Shown here in pieces: positions 1 to 7,906 of a stretch of 12,142 nucleotides of DNA; position 1 is the stretch's first letter; the number at the start of each line of letters is the position of its first letter. The notes under the pieces are model-generated. The model did no database searches. It saw nothing but the letters and a program-made list of their open reading frames with translations, and was not told where the DNA came from. The position numbers and the translations under genes are program-made. The DNA is from a virus, in UHGV virus genome UHGV-0116081; one strand, given 5' to 3'.

Positions 1-223
1 GCTTATTCAGTACATCAATGGCTTTTTCGTCACTTGGGACGGACTCACTAAGCGGCTCTGCCACTTTGTATTTTTTTACCCCAAAACGGATGAAAGGGTT
101 GAGCATCAATGAAACCATGCTTTGCTCGAAGTCATCCATGTTGGCCAATGCCTCTTTTTTTGCATTGGTTCCCATAGCTTTCATTTCGTCCAGCTTATGC
201 TTAAGTGCGATCAACTTTTTCAT
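1..223 (-). CDS. hypothetical protein, N-terminal part only (ORF continues past window start)
   Basis: Not in the track because it is truncated. Reverse-strand ATG at 223..221 overlaps the TGA stop (222..220) of the upstream 156-aa ORF as ATGA, then reads open for 74 codons to the window edge (hand translation: MKKLIALKHKLDEMKAMGTNAKKEALANMDDFEQSMVSLMLNPFIRFGVKKYKVAEPLSESVPSDEKAIDVLNK...). The N-terminus loosely resembles my recollection of the T4 DNA ligase N-terminus; unverified. Confidence 0.45.
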   Translation of the reverse strand, partial: MKKLIALKHKLDEMKAMGTNAKKEALANMDDFEQSMVSLMLNPFIRFGVKKYKVAEPLSESVPSDEKAIDVLNK

Positions 224-690
224 TGTTGTTTTGCCTCCATATGTTGATCGATTTGCTCATGTGTTTCTTTTGTTGTTTCTTCAAGCAACGCCGCATACAC
301 GTCAGTGATCGCTGTTTGTGATGTGGCGCTCTTCTTAACCATGCTATTAATCGTTACACTGTCACGTTTTCGTTTTATAGTTCTGGCTTGTTTATTCCGT
401 TCTTCAACCTCCTTAATGAGCGCGGTCATATCTTCGAAATACAGAGATTCTCCTTTACGAATCTCTTCAACCATCATTTTTAACGCCTTGCATTTGCCTG
501 CTTTAATAGCGGTTGCGCACGACTGGAAAGAAGTTCGAGGAAGACGGTTTTCTTTGAAGGCAAGAATGGTGTGCTGGCAAACGGAATAGCTGCAATATGT
601 CGACTCACCGTTTATCTTTACTTCCTCACAACGAAGTGAATAACCGTTATTTCCTGAAATAGAAGGGATTTTTGACAAATCAGCTTTCAC
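220..690 (-). CDS. hypothetical Cys-containing protein (possible zinc-binding N-terminal region, charged helical C-terminus)
   Basis: 156-aa ORF with a GTG start at 690..688 and no in-frame ATG until residue 72. Five Cys in the first 67 residues (C21, C33, C37, C58, C67), then a Lys/Glu-rich tail. Stop overlaps the start of the next ORF (ATGA). No family recognised. Confidence 0.55.
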   Translation of the reverse strand: MKADLSKIPSISGNNGYSLRCEEVKINGESTYCSYSVCQHTILAFKENRLPRTSFQSCATAIKAGKCKALKMMVEEIRKGESLYFEDMTALIKEVEERNKQARTIKRKRDSVTINSMVKKSATSQTAITDVYAALLEETTKETHEQIDQHMEAKQQ

Positions 691-757
691 AATTACCGCC
701 AGAAATAATCTTGTGCTTACCTATCATTATTTGCGTAAAAAACGACACACAGAGAGC

Positions 758-1534
758 TTACCAACTTCCCCAGCTAATCATCTTGCGCTGATCGCTTTCT
801 AAGCGATAAGGGGCAAGAAGCTCTGTGACATGATTGGTGGCGTATGATTTAGCCTCTTGCTTAATCATCGGTAATTCGTTAGCAATCCTGACCATCTTCC
901 CAGCAAATTCCGCCATTACGCCATCACAAGCCTTCCCCGCATCAACAACGATATGCACAAGATCCAACTGGCTTTTGCACATATCCCAAAGAGACGCGTA
1001 TTCACTCTCTCTGATTACATTTACGGCACTATTAGCCCCTTTATTAATCAAAACTTCCAACAGATTTTTCGGGGTAACGAAATCTGCTTTCAGAGATAAT
1101 GTCTTTTCACCACTTATCGAACGCAAGTACTCTTCGTAGTTATTCTTCATCAAACCGCTGCTGCGCATTGCTAGAACTGCTTCTTGAATGGCCGCGTCAA
1201 TAGTTTCGTCGTTTGAAAGACAAAAAACGGTATTTGTGTAGATCACTCTGCCATCAAGCCATGCTCCAACCTGCACTTTAAGACTGAGCGGGTTTTCTTT
1301 GCTAATAAAAACAACTAATGCAGAACGCCGTGCACAAGAAGGTTCGCCCCATACGTGTAACTCAACCTTCAGATAAGGCAACCCTGGTAGCGGGATCTCG
1401 TCCATACGAGCAGCGATATGATTCATTGCTGTATTGACGGCCTTTCCAATGATGTCTAGTCGACTGCCCTCGCTGATTTCTAAACCTGTTTTATCAATGA
1501 TGTCACAGGCCAATTTCTGAATTTCGTCTTTCAT
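758..1534 (-). CDS. hypothetical protein
   Basis: 258-aa ORF with ATG at 1534..1532 preceded by AGGAG about 7 nt upstream on the coding strand. No transmembrane segment or motif I recognise. First gene of a three-gene same-strand cluster. Confidence 0.7.
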   Translation of the reverse strand: MKDEIQKLACDIIDKTGLEISEGSRLDIIGKAVNTAMNHIAARMDEIPLPGLPYLKVELHVWGEPSCARRSALVVFISKENPLSLKVQVGAWLDGRVIYTNTVFCLSNDETIDAAIQEAVLAMRSSGLMKNNYEEYLRSISGEKTLSLKADFVTPKNLLEVLINKGANSAVNVIRESEYASLWDMCKSQLDLVHIVVDAGKACDGVMAEFAGKMVRIANELPMIKQEAKSYATNHVTELLAPYRLESDQRKMISWGSW

Positions 1535-1626
1535 ACCAACTCCTAGCTAACAGATGAAAGTATTCTTACAAATAACTAAGTATGTATCTACTTATCATTT
1601 TAGGCGCAATAGTTCCCTATACGAAG

Positions 1627-1653
1627 ATGCCGGGCTTATAGTCTGCCCGGCAT
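1627..1653 (-). other. GC-rich stem-loop just downstream of the lipoprotein stop (9-bp stem ATGCCGGGC/GCCCGGCAT, 9-nt loop)
   Basis: Inverted repeat read directly from the sequence. No U-tract follows on the minus-strand transcript, so it is not a canonical intrinsic terminator; may be an RNA-stabilising or intercistronic structure. Confidence 0.3.
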
Positions 1654-1659
1654 TCACCA

Positions 1660-2073
1660 TTAATGAGCTACAGCCTCACTGTTGCACATCTTTCTGTAGA
1701 CCTGCTTATAACGCTGTAAGTCATGAGGATCATTAGGTGCCAACGACTTCGATAGGATTTTGTATACCACCCCTTTCGAAAACATGCCCTTTGGCTTCAT
1801 TTCGAGTTCAACAACATATGAGTGATAGCCCACGTATGCACCAAAGCCATTTTTGGCGTTCAATTCTCCGCACACAAAGCCTGTCACACTCCCATCGTCA
1901 TGATCAGTCCTGACAAACTTATCTTTCCTAAACATCACCGACGTGGGATCTTTCATATCATCCGCAATTGCTTGTTGGCCCAGAGCAATAGCCTTCTCGT
2001 CTGTAGGCTTACACCCCACTAAAGCAAACAAAGACAATAAAGCTCCTGTTAAAATCAGCTTATTTTTGCTCAT
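1660..2073 (-). CDS. lipoprotein (predicted signal peptidase II substrate)
   Basis: 137-aa ORF with ATG at 2073..2071 and AAGGGAAG upstream. N-terminus MSKNKLILTGALLSLFALVGC has a positive n-region, hydrophobic core and lipobox L-V-G-C. Mature domain not recognised. Confidence 0.7.
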   Translation of the reverse strand: MSKNKLILTGALLSLFALVGCKPTDEKAIALGQQAIADDMKDPTSVMFRKDKFVRTDHDDGSVTGFVCGELNAKNGFGAYVGYHSYVVELEMKPKGMFSKGVVYKILSKSLAPNDPHDLQRYKQVYRKMCNSEAVAH

Positions 2074-2306
2074 GTTGGCTTCCCTTTATTTATATTTATC
2101 GCAGGTATTAGTTAATCAAAACACGAGCAGTGCCACAATAATTAAATGGCGTACTATTTCTTATGGTTATTAGTTTCCTAGTAACTTTACCGACCATAAA
2201 CTAAATCAACAAAGCTGACATATTAACTAAATTTAAGTACCCTTTTTCGCACACTTGACGCTTGCCGCGTCTAAACTGTTCATCCTATATCAACAGAACA
2301 AAAAAT

Positions 2307-3452
2307 ATGAAATACATAAAATCTTCATCGTTGCTGGCATTAACTTTGCTTTTTAGCTCTGGATTCGTTAACGCAGACAATAAACAAACGCTGATAGAAG
2401 CCGCTACCGCAGGGGATACCGCAGCACAAAGTGAGTTAGGGACAAATTATTTTGATGGTGTCAATGGTTTTGATAAGGATGTAGTTGAGGCCAAGAAGTG
2501 GATTGATCTCGCTGCAGAAAAGGGAGACAAAGTAGCATATTATGCACTTGGGGTTATGTACACATTTGGCGAGGGTGTAGATAAAGACTTAAATAAAGCA
2601 GTTGAGTACTACAAACTTGCGGGAGATGCTCGTGAAGGTAGAGCCTATAACAATCTTGGTGCTATTTATCAAAAGGGGATGCTTGGTAAAGTAGATCATG
2701 CGCTCGCCATTAAATACTTCAAACTAGCCTCTGATGCCGGGTATGTTAAAGCTAGCTACCTTCTTGGTGCGTATTACCAATATGGTAAAGGTGTACAAAA
2801 GAGTTATAAAAAAGCTTTTACTTATTACAAAAAAGCGGCGGATCAAGGTAGTTCAGATGGCATGTTCGCATTAGGCACCTTATACGATGACGGTTTAGGT
2901 GTTAAACGCAACGATGCCGAAGCAATTAAGTGGTATAAAAAAGCTGCTGAACTCGGAAACGCCGATGCCATGACAAATCTTGGCATTATGTATGAGTATG
3001 GTGAAGGGGTTAAAAAAGACTATAAAAAAGCAGCTGAGCTTTATCAGGCTGCTTGTGATAAAGAAGATAAAAATGGCTGTGATTACATTGCAGAACTGAA
3101 AGAAAGCGGCAAATATCGAGCGCCGGCTTCCAAAGCCAAAACAAAATCCGCCACCCAGCGACTTATTGCTAAATCCATTGATAAGGGCGTTAACGCTACA
3201 TTTACCTGGCAGGGTGATGATGCTACCTTCACCGCTAATGATGGCAAAGTTGACTGCACCTTCCTGAAGGATTTTTCAGAGAAAGGAGGCAATCTGGCTA
3301 CCTCGTTTGTTTGCACCGATAACGTTCAAATCATACTGAAGCAATTCAGAGATACCAAGAATGCCTACCTCGCGGTAATGACTGACAACTTCAACACAGA
3401 AGTTAAATCATTTTCGGTCAATGTGTACGTGACTAATACTGGTTCAAACTAA
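2307..3452 (+). CDS. secreted Sel1-like repeat (SLR/TPR-like) protein with a non-repeat C-terminal domain
   Basis: Track ORF begins at a TTG (2262); the first ATG at 2307 gives MKYIKSSSLLALTLLFSSGFVNA, a classic Sec signal peptide with a VNA cleavage site. About six tandem ~36-aa Sel1-type repeats (e.g. AEKGDKVAYYALGVMYTFGEGVDKDLNKAVEYYKLA; ADQGSSDGMFALGTLYDDGLGVKRNDAEAIKWYKKAA). The last ~110 aa are non-repetitive with 4 Cys. Sampled lines are AT-rich (about 30-50% G+C by hand count). Confidence 0.85.
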   Translation: MKYIKSSSLLALTLLFSSGFVNADNKQTLIEAATAGDTAAQSELGTNYFDGVNGFDKDVVEAKKWIDLAAEKGDKVAYYALGVMYTFGEGVDKDLNKAVEYYKLAGDAREGRAYNNLGAIYQKGMLGKVDHALAIKYFKLASDAGYVKASYLLGAYYQYGKGVQKSYKKAFTYYKKAADQGSSDGMFALGTLYDDGLGVKRNDAEAIKWYKKAAELGNADAMTNLGIMYEYGEGVKKDYKKAAELYQAACDKEDKNGCDYIAELKESGKYRAPASKAKTKSATQRLIAKSIDKGVNATFTWQGDDATFTANDGKVDCTFLKDFSEKGGNLATSFVCTDNVQIILKQFRDTKNAYLAVMTDNFNTEVKSFSVNVYVTNTGSN

Positions 3453-4628
3453 TGCAGCTATGCCTTTTACCTTGCTTAAAAGTTCAAGCTGTCGTGAATA
3501 AGGTTTTGCGCAATAGTAGGCTTTGATAATCTGCCCCGGTGTCGCATCGCCGGGGTCGAGTCCTTCCTCGCCCAAACACGCTACTTTGACATTAAGACCG
3601 ATACTGGTCAGTCGCCTGGCTGCGGCCATCGTGTTGCGTATAGCTTGCTTTTCACTATCCCACATCATAATCACATTACGTAATCCACGCGCCTTGAGCG
3701 TCAGGAACGCGCCCAACTGATCTTCTGCATCCTGAGTGGTGTTACCAGATAGATGCATCCCGAACGTTCCTATCGGTTCCACGTAATCGCGTAATGTTTC
3801 TTCATCAAAAATAGCTCGTTTAACCCCCATAACATCGAACGCCCCCTCACAGACAACTACAGTCTGTTTGCCGACTGCATTGTGGCCGTTGTAGAGAAAT
3901 TTACCCGATGCTGGCAGCTGCATGGGGAACAGATACCGGCGTTCTGCTGCACCGGTAATGTCACGACCCTGGAAGGTCTTCATCACGCCATCCAGATCGT
4001 AAACCGGTATCAGTATTCGCATATCGAATACCTGTCCTTTGACCTGGTCTGTGTACGGATCGACGTATGCGTGCTTGCCTTCGACGCAGTAACGCAGATC
4101 AAAGTATTTGGCCAGCTCCGGGGAAATCTGGCGCTCCACCAGATAATCAGGAAGACGACCGTCAATGGGGAGTTCGTAATGGCGCGGGAGAGCTACCGGT
4201 CCTTCCAGTTCAACCTTGCTGGCCAGCACGATCTCTTCCTTCTTCGGCGCCCAACCTTGTGAGATCAGCGCGTTCTGGACGTACTCTTCAAAATCGCGAC
4301 GGGATTTGCCGCTGTAATGCTTTAGGAAGACCAGCTTATTGAACTGAATCTCTTCGGGATGATCACCTGCAAAGCATTTGCCGACACCACTGGTCAGGTT
4401 GAAATAAACCTTCCAGTTTGAGCTGCCGCATACCGGACACTCTTTAATGTTGACCTCTCGTCCGCGAGTACTGACTCCACCATGACGGTAGATGATCCCT
4501 TCCATATCGAGCCATTGCTCAAAATCCAGCTCGGTCAGTAATTCTTTCAAGTCGCTCACGTTCTTACCCCTGTTTTTTGCAGGTAATATCTTGATAAGCC
4601 TCGGTATTTGAATACCATAAAGGCTCAT
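3444..4628 (-). CDS. DNA primase (zinc-ribbon + TOPRIM; DnaG / T7 gp4-primase-like)
   Basis: Zinc-ribbon-like CPVCGSS...CFAGDH followed by a TOPRIM signature VVVCEGAFDVMGV and a downstream acidic motif MMWDSEKQ. Start set at ATG 4628..4626 (MSLYGIQ...); the track's longer ORF begins at a TTG at 4655, so the start is uncertain by 9 codons. Lies directly downstream of the helicase gene. Confidence 0.8.
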   Translation of the reverse strand: MSLYGIQIPRLIKILPAKNRGKNVSDLKELLTELDFEQWLDMEGIIYRHGGVSTRGREVNIKECPVCGSSNWKVYFNLTSGVGKCFAGDHPEEIQFNKLVFLKHYSGKSRRDFEEYVQNALISQGWAPKKEEIVLASKVELEGPVALPRHYELPIDGRLPDYLVERQISPELAKYFDLRYCVEGKHAYVDPYTDQVKGQVFDMRILIPVYDLDGVMKTFQGRDITGAAERRYLFPMQLPASGKFLYNGHNAVGKQTVVVCEGAFDVMGVKRAIFDEETLRDYVEPIGTFGMHLSGNTTQDAEDQLGAFLTLKARGLRNVIMMWDSEKQAIRNTMAAARRLTSIGLNVKVACLGEEGLDPGDATPGQIIKAYYCAKPYSRQLELLSKVKGIAALV

Positions 4629-4682
4629 GTGTTTTTTCTTTTGTGGTTTTGGCAAAAGAGAAATTTGTTCTCTTCTGGAGAC

Positions 4683-4709
4683 AGGCGTGGAGAGTGTTTC
4701 CCCACGCCT
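4683..4709. other. stem-loop in the helicase-primase intercistronic gap (8-bp arms AGGCGTGG / CCACGCCT, 11-nt loop)
   Basis: Inverted repeat read directly. On the plus strand it is followed by TCTTTTTT, but no plus-strand gene precedes it; on the minus transcript no U-tract follows. Function unknown. Confidence 0.3.
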
Positions 4710-4715
4710 TCTTTT

Positions 4716-6056
4716 TTAGAGGACGTCCATAATGCGTTCGATGAATCGCATTTGTTCGAGGTTCTGCTTAACGCGGATGCTTACGCCGCCTTTCTGGTTA
4801 CGTGAACCAGCGAAGTAAAGACGCGCTTCGCCTTTCGCTTCTTCTTCTTCCGTTTTGTTGATAGTGATAACGAGGTCAGCGATACGCACCTTCTCGATGT
4901 TGTCCGCTGCGTGCATCATTGTAGCCACCTCAGAAGCGCCACCTTCTCTGTTAGTCTGCGATGCCGTGATGCCGGCAACGTTGTGTTTGTCGTACAGCGC
5001 ACGCAGGTCAGTGTAGATGCTGCGAATGTTAGCGCGGTCGTCGCGGAGGTCGTAGCTGGCACGCATCAGGTCAGCGTAGTCGACCACAACCATATCGGGG
5101 ACCATACCGTTGGCTTTCATGCTGCCCAACATACGGTCCAGATCTGCGGGCGACATGCTTCCGGACGGTCGTTCAACAATCCACAAACTTCCCACGCCTT
5201 TCGTCGCACCCAGCTCCGCCAGTTTGCGATGGACGTCATCGCGACGTTCCACCAGCCTGGACATTTCGGTCTCAGACAGACGGGCGTCAAAGCGATCTGA
5301 CAGAATGGAGGTGTGAACTTCCAGCGACAGATACAGGACGTTGTAACCGGCAAGCGTGGCGTTGATGGAAAACTCCCCCATCGCCGTCGATTTACCAGAC
5401 TTAGCGAAGCCCATAAACAGCACCATTTCACGCTTTGCCCAGCCTTTCTGGTAAAGCAGTTTGTCGAGCAGCGGGAGGCCGGTAGTGATGCTGTTTGGCA
5501 CGTAATCGTCGGACGCTTCGTACTCACGGGCCTTGTAACGCTCCGCTGATTCTGCGAAGTAATCGTAAATGCCGGTCGCTTCGTTAGAGCCAATTTGCTG
5601 GACCTTAGCCATGATTGCCATCGCGCCCTGGAAATCACCCTTCTCTTTCATCTCAGCCGCTTTAATTAGCGCATCGTCGAACGCTACGCTTTTAGCAAAT
5701 GTCGCGACCTGGTCGACCATGTACGCCGTATCTGACAGCTTCTCAGCGAGAATGCGCTTAAACGCCTCAACAACGTCAGGGAACAGCTCTTCGCGGATCG
5801 TCTTATCGCGTTTGGCGCGTTTGAGCATGTCGAGGATGGCTGATGATGATGGTGCGCTCTTATACATTCTGTAGTAGCCCGACACCATGTTAACCAGAAT
5901 GGAGTTAGCCGCATTAGAGAACTGGTTTGGGGCAACCAGATCGCCTGCGCGAGTCAGAAACTCATGGTCGCGACAGAAGTAGGCTGCGAGTCTATTCTGG
6001 AAGTCGTCGTCGAACTCTTCAGACAACCCTCGTCCTGTGTGGCAAAGTTCGGTCAT
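4716..6056 (-). CDS. replicative DNA helicase, DnaB family
   Basis: 446-aa ORF with ATG at 6056..6054 and AAGGAA upstream. Walker A FMGFAKSGKST, a Walker B-like hydrophobic stretch ending in D (MVVVDYADL), and a DnaB H4-like motif ASQTNREG. Length and motif order fit the DnaB C-terminal RecA-like domain plus an N-terminal domain. Confidence 0.85.
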   Translation of the reverse strand: MTELCHTGRGLSEEFDDDFQNRLAAYFCRDHEFLTRAGDLVAPNQFSNAANSILVNMVSGYYRMYKSAPSSSAILDMLKRAKRDKTIREELFPDVVEAFKRILAEKLSDTAYMVDQVATFAKSVAFDDALIKAAEMKEKGDFQGAMAIMAKVQQIGSNEATGIYDYFAESAERYKAREYEASDDYVPNSITTGLPLLDKLLYQKGWAKREMVLFMGFAKSGKSTAMGEFSINATLAGYNVLYLSLEVHTSILSDRFDARLSETEMSRLVERRDDVHRKLAELGATKGVGSLWIVERPSGSMSPADLDRMLGSMKANGMVPDMVVVDYADLMRASYDLRDDRANIRSIYTDLRALYDKHNVAGITASQTNREGGASEVATMMHAADNIEKVRIADLVITINKTEEEEAKGEARLYFAGSRNQKGGVSIRVKQNLEQMRFIERIMDVL

Positions 6057-6116
6057 GTGCTTTCCTTTGGTGCTTAAACAATTTGTTTTCTAATACTAAA
6101 AAAGCCAGATAGGGGA

Positions 6117-6842
6117 TCAACAGAATCGCCGTGCTTCTTCCAGTTCTTCCGGGAAGTGCGCGTAAATCACACGCTCAGGCACGATTTCCATCAACCAGAC
6201 AGCGGAGAAGATGATACGGATGCGTTTATCTCGGGTAATGCCACGCAGACGCTCCAGAATCCACTCAAAATAGCGTTCCTGAATCGGGTCACGCTGCATG
6301 TCTCCAAGATGCTTAAAACTCACCAGAGAGTCATCCAGACGGGTTACAGCGCGTTTGGCTAACTTCTCTTCGAATATCTCGATCAACTCGGGCTGCCAGA
6401 GATGCTGGGGGCGCGGTAATTTGTCCCACAGCCGTCGTGCAGCTGCGGAAAGAACGGTGGAGATAAAGTAGTCGTATGAGCAGCAATAGCGGTCAGCAAA
6501 CTGGCGTGCTTTCCAGAGCGACGTTTTGTTGACCGTCGACAACTCCTGATATGGCACACGCTTCAGACCGGTTGTGAATGGAGCCGTCTCATAGTGTTCA
6601 CGACCATGCGACAGCATGATGTATGAGTACTGGCGCTTGTATGCCTCAGTGAAAAGGCATGTGGCCATGAGCGGGTGCATATCGCGATAGTCAAACCATT
6701 TGGTTTCGAACAGTTCCGCCTCGTCCTTGCAACGTGACAGGCCAATGTTCTCCGCTACCCACTTATCCATGACTGCGGTGTTCCACTCTGTCATGAAATC
6801 GTACTGGTCATTGTCGATAGTGTTGAAGAAGATCTGGCTCAC
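6117..6842 (-). CDS. hypothetical protein, first gene of the helicase-primase operon (candidate initiator or helicase loader)
   Basis: 241-aa ORF with a GTG start at 6842..6840 preceded by AAGGGA; an internal ATG at 6794 has no Shine-Dalgarno. No recognised motif. The functional suggestion comes from position only. Confidence 0.6.
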   Translation of the reverse strand: MSQIFFNTIDNDQYDFMTEWNTAVMDKWVAENIGLSRCKDEAELFETKWFDYRDMHPLMATCLFTEAYKRQYSYIMLSHGREHYETAPFTTGLKRVPYQELSTVNKTSLWKARQFADRYCCSYDYFISTVLSAAARRLWDKLPRPQHLWQPELIEIFEEKLAKRAVTRLDDSLVSFKHLGDMQRDPIQERYFEWILERLRGITRDKRIRIIFSAVWLMEIVPERVIYAHFPEELEEARRFC

Positions 6843-6947
6843 ATGATTCCCTTTAATAGGTATGCACTTACTTATCTAAGTGAGCGAATCATAGCGACTG
6901 GAGATATTTTTGGGAAGTGGAAACGGAAGGGAGTTGTTCTGGTGGGT

Positions 6948-6961
6948 GTCTTTTAAAAGAC
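6948..6961. promoter_or_regulatory. 14-bp perfect palindrome GTCTTTTAAAAGAC in the divergent intergenic region
   Basis: Exact self-complementary sequence read directly, embedded in a 282-bp AT-rich spacer between divergent genes. A half-site-like GTCTTAGAC recurs at about 7024..7032. Candidate operator or origin-binding site. Confidence 0.3.
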
Positions 6962-7124
6962 CTGCTTCCGTATATATTTAATAAGTTACTTATTATTTAT
7001 ATACAGAAACAGGCATAACTTGTCGTCTTAGACACCCAGAAGCTCTACACTTTGAGCCTGTAAAATTGATTAAAAACTTATGTGTAAAATAGAACGCATT
7101 AGTCAGTAGCTAAGAGATGCAATA

Positions 7125-7892
7125 ATGGACGATTTATCGGTATACGCGAGATCATTGGATAAGGCTAAATACTATGTTTACTGTCTCTATGATACAGAAG
7201 ACAAGATGAAAAGACCGTTTTACATAGGAAAAGGCAAATCGACTCGTTGTCTCGATCACATCAAGTATCCCGATGACTCTCCCAAATCCATGCGGATCAA
7301 AGAACTTTTGGCTAATAAAAAATTAGGCATAGATATTCTTCGTCATGGTATGGATGAAACCACAGCCAAACTTGTTGAGGCGACATGCATCGACCTTATG
7401 GGGGTCGGAGAGCTTACGAATAAGGTACGAGGAAGTGGTTCCATGATGGGCAGAATATCACTGGACGCCTACCATCACTTAGTGCTGCAAGAGGAAACTG
7501 AAATTGCTCCTGAGCACGCCGGTCTTGCCTTCCTGCTAAACAGCACCTACAAGTCAGGAATGTCCGCTCTGGCATTATATGAAGCTACGCGTGGCGTATG
7601 GGCAAAGGTTCCAAGAGACGAGAATCTCAAATATGCCTACGCTACATATGGGGGCCTGATAATGGAAGTTTATCAGATTGAATGCTGGGTCAAAGCCGGT
7701 TCTCAGCAGTACTTTACAAGGGATATAGCTCTTGGCCCCGACACAAAACGTTATGAATTTGTTGGCAGAATAGCCGATGAGCATATTAGAAAACTGTATG
7801 TAGGCAAATTAATCAAGAAGCCACCAAGCTACGGCAGCCCTTTTGTGAAGGTTGGGGTGGTTAGGAATGAACATAGTGTTAGCGCGGCATAA
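7125..7892 (+). CDS. GIY-YIG nuclease-domain protein with an unrecognised C-terminal domain
   Basis: N-terminus YYVYCLYDTEDKMKRPFYIGKGKSTRCLDH matches the GIY...YIG...R...H arrangement of GIY-YIG nucleases (compare I-TevI and UvrC N-termini), with a downstream Glu (VEATCID) and Asn (TNKVRG) in plausible catalytic positions. C-terminal ~160 aa not recognised. Sampled lines are about 40% G+C, lower than the neighbouring replication genes. Confidence 0.7.
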   Translation: MDDLSVYARSLDKAKYYVYCLYDTEDKMKRPFYIGKGKSTRCLDHIKYPDDSPKSMRIKELLANKKLGIDILRHGMDETTAKLVEATCIDLMGVGELTNKVRGSGSMMGRISLDAYHHLVLQEETEIAPEHAGLAFLLNSTYKSGMSALALYEATRGVWAKVPRDENLKYAYATYGGLIMEVYQIECWVKAGSQQYFTRDIALGPDTKRYEFVGRIADEHIRKLYVGKLIKKPPSYGSPFVKVGVVRNEHSVSAA

Positions 7893-7906
7893 AGCTGACA
7901 CTGTAC

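Noticed and set aside
834-1139. Plus-strand ORF 834..1139 (101 aa) and ORFs 18..308 / 305..589 on the plus strand
   Set aside because: Antisense to better-supported minus-strand ORFs that have Shine-Dalgarno sites and translational coupling; hydrophobic low-complexity translations look like frame artefacts.
2262-2306. The track's longer Sel1 ORF starting MPRLNCSSYINRTKN at 2262
   Set aside because: The codon at 2262 is TTG. The first ATG (2307) begins a textbook signal peptide (MKYIKSSSLLALTLLFSSGFVNA), so the 15-codon extension is most likely not translated.
3523-4342. Plus-strand ORFs 3523..3720, 3882..4262 and 4067..4342 inside the primase gene
   Set aside because: Antisense to a primase with intact zinc-ribbon and TOPRIM motifs; no start context or recognisable features.
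4683-4709. The intercistronic hairpin as an intrinsic terminator ending the helicase transcript
   Set aside because: On the minus-strand transcript the stem is not followed by a U-tract (the T-run is on the plus strand, where no gene precedes it), and the primase gene follows in the same orientation. Kept only as a possible regulatory structure.
4911-5638. ORFs 4911..5300 (+), 5110..5316 (+), 5117..5638 (-), 5313..5549 (+) and 5569..5874 (+) inside the helicase gene
   Set aside because: Antisense or out-of-frame shadow ORFs within a coding region that has clear DnaB-family motifs. Their translations are Arg/Ser/Cys-rich low-complexity sequence typical of non-coding frames in GC-richer DNA.
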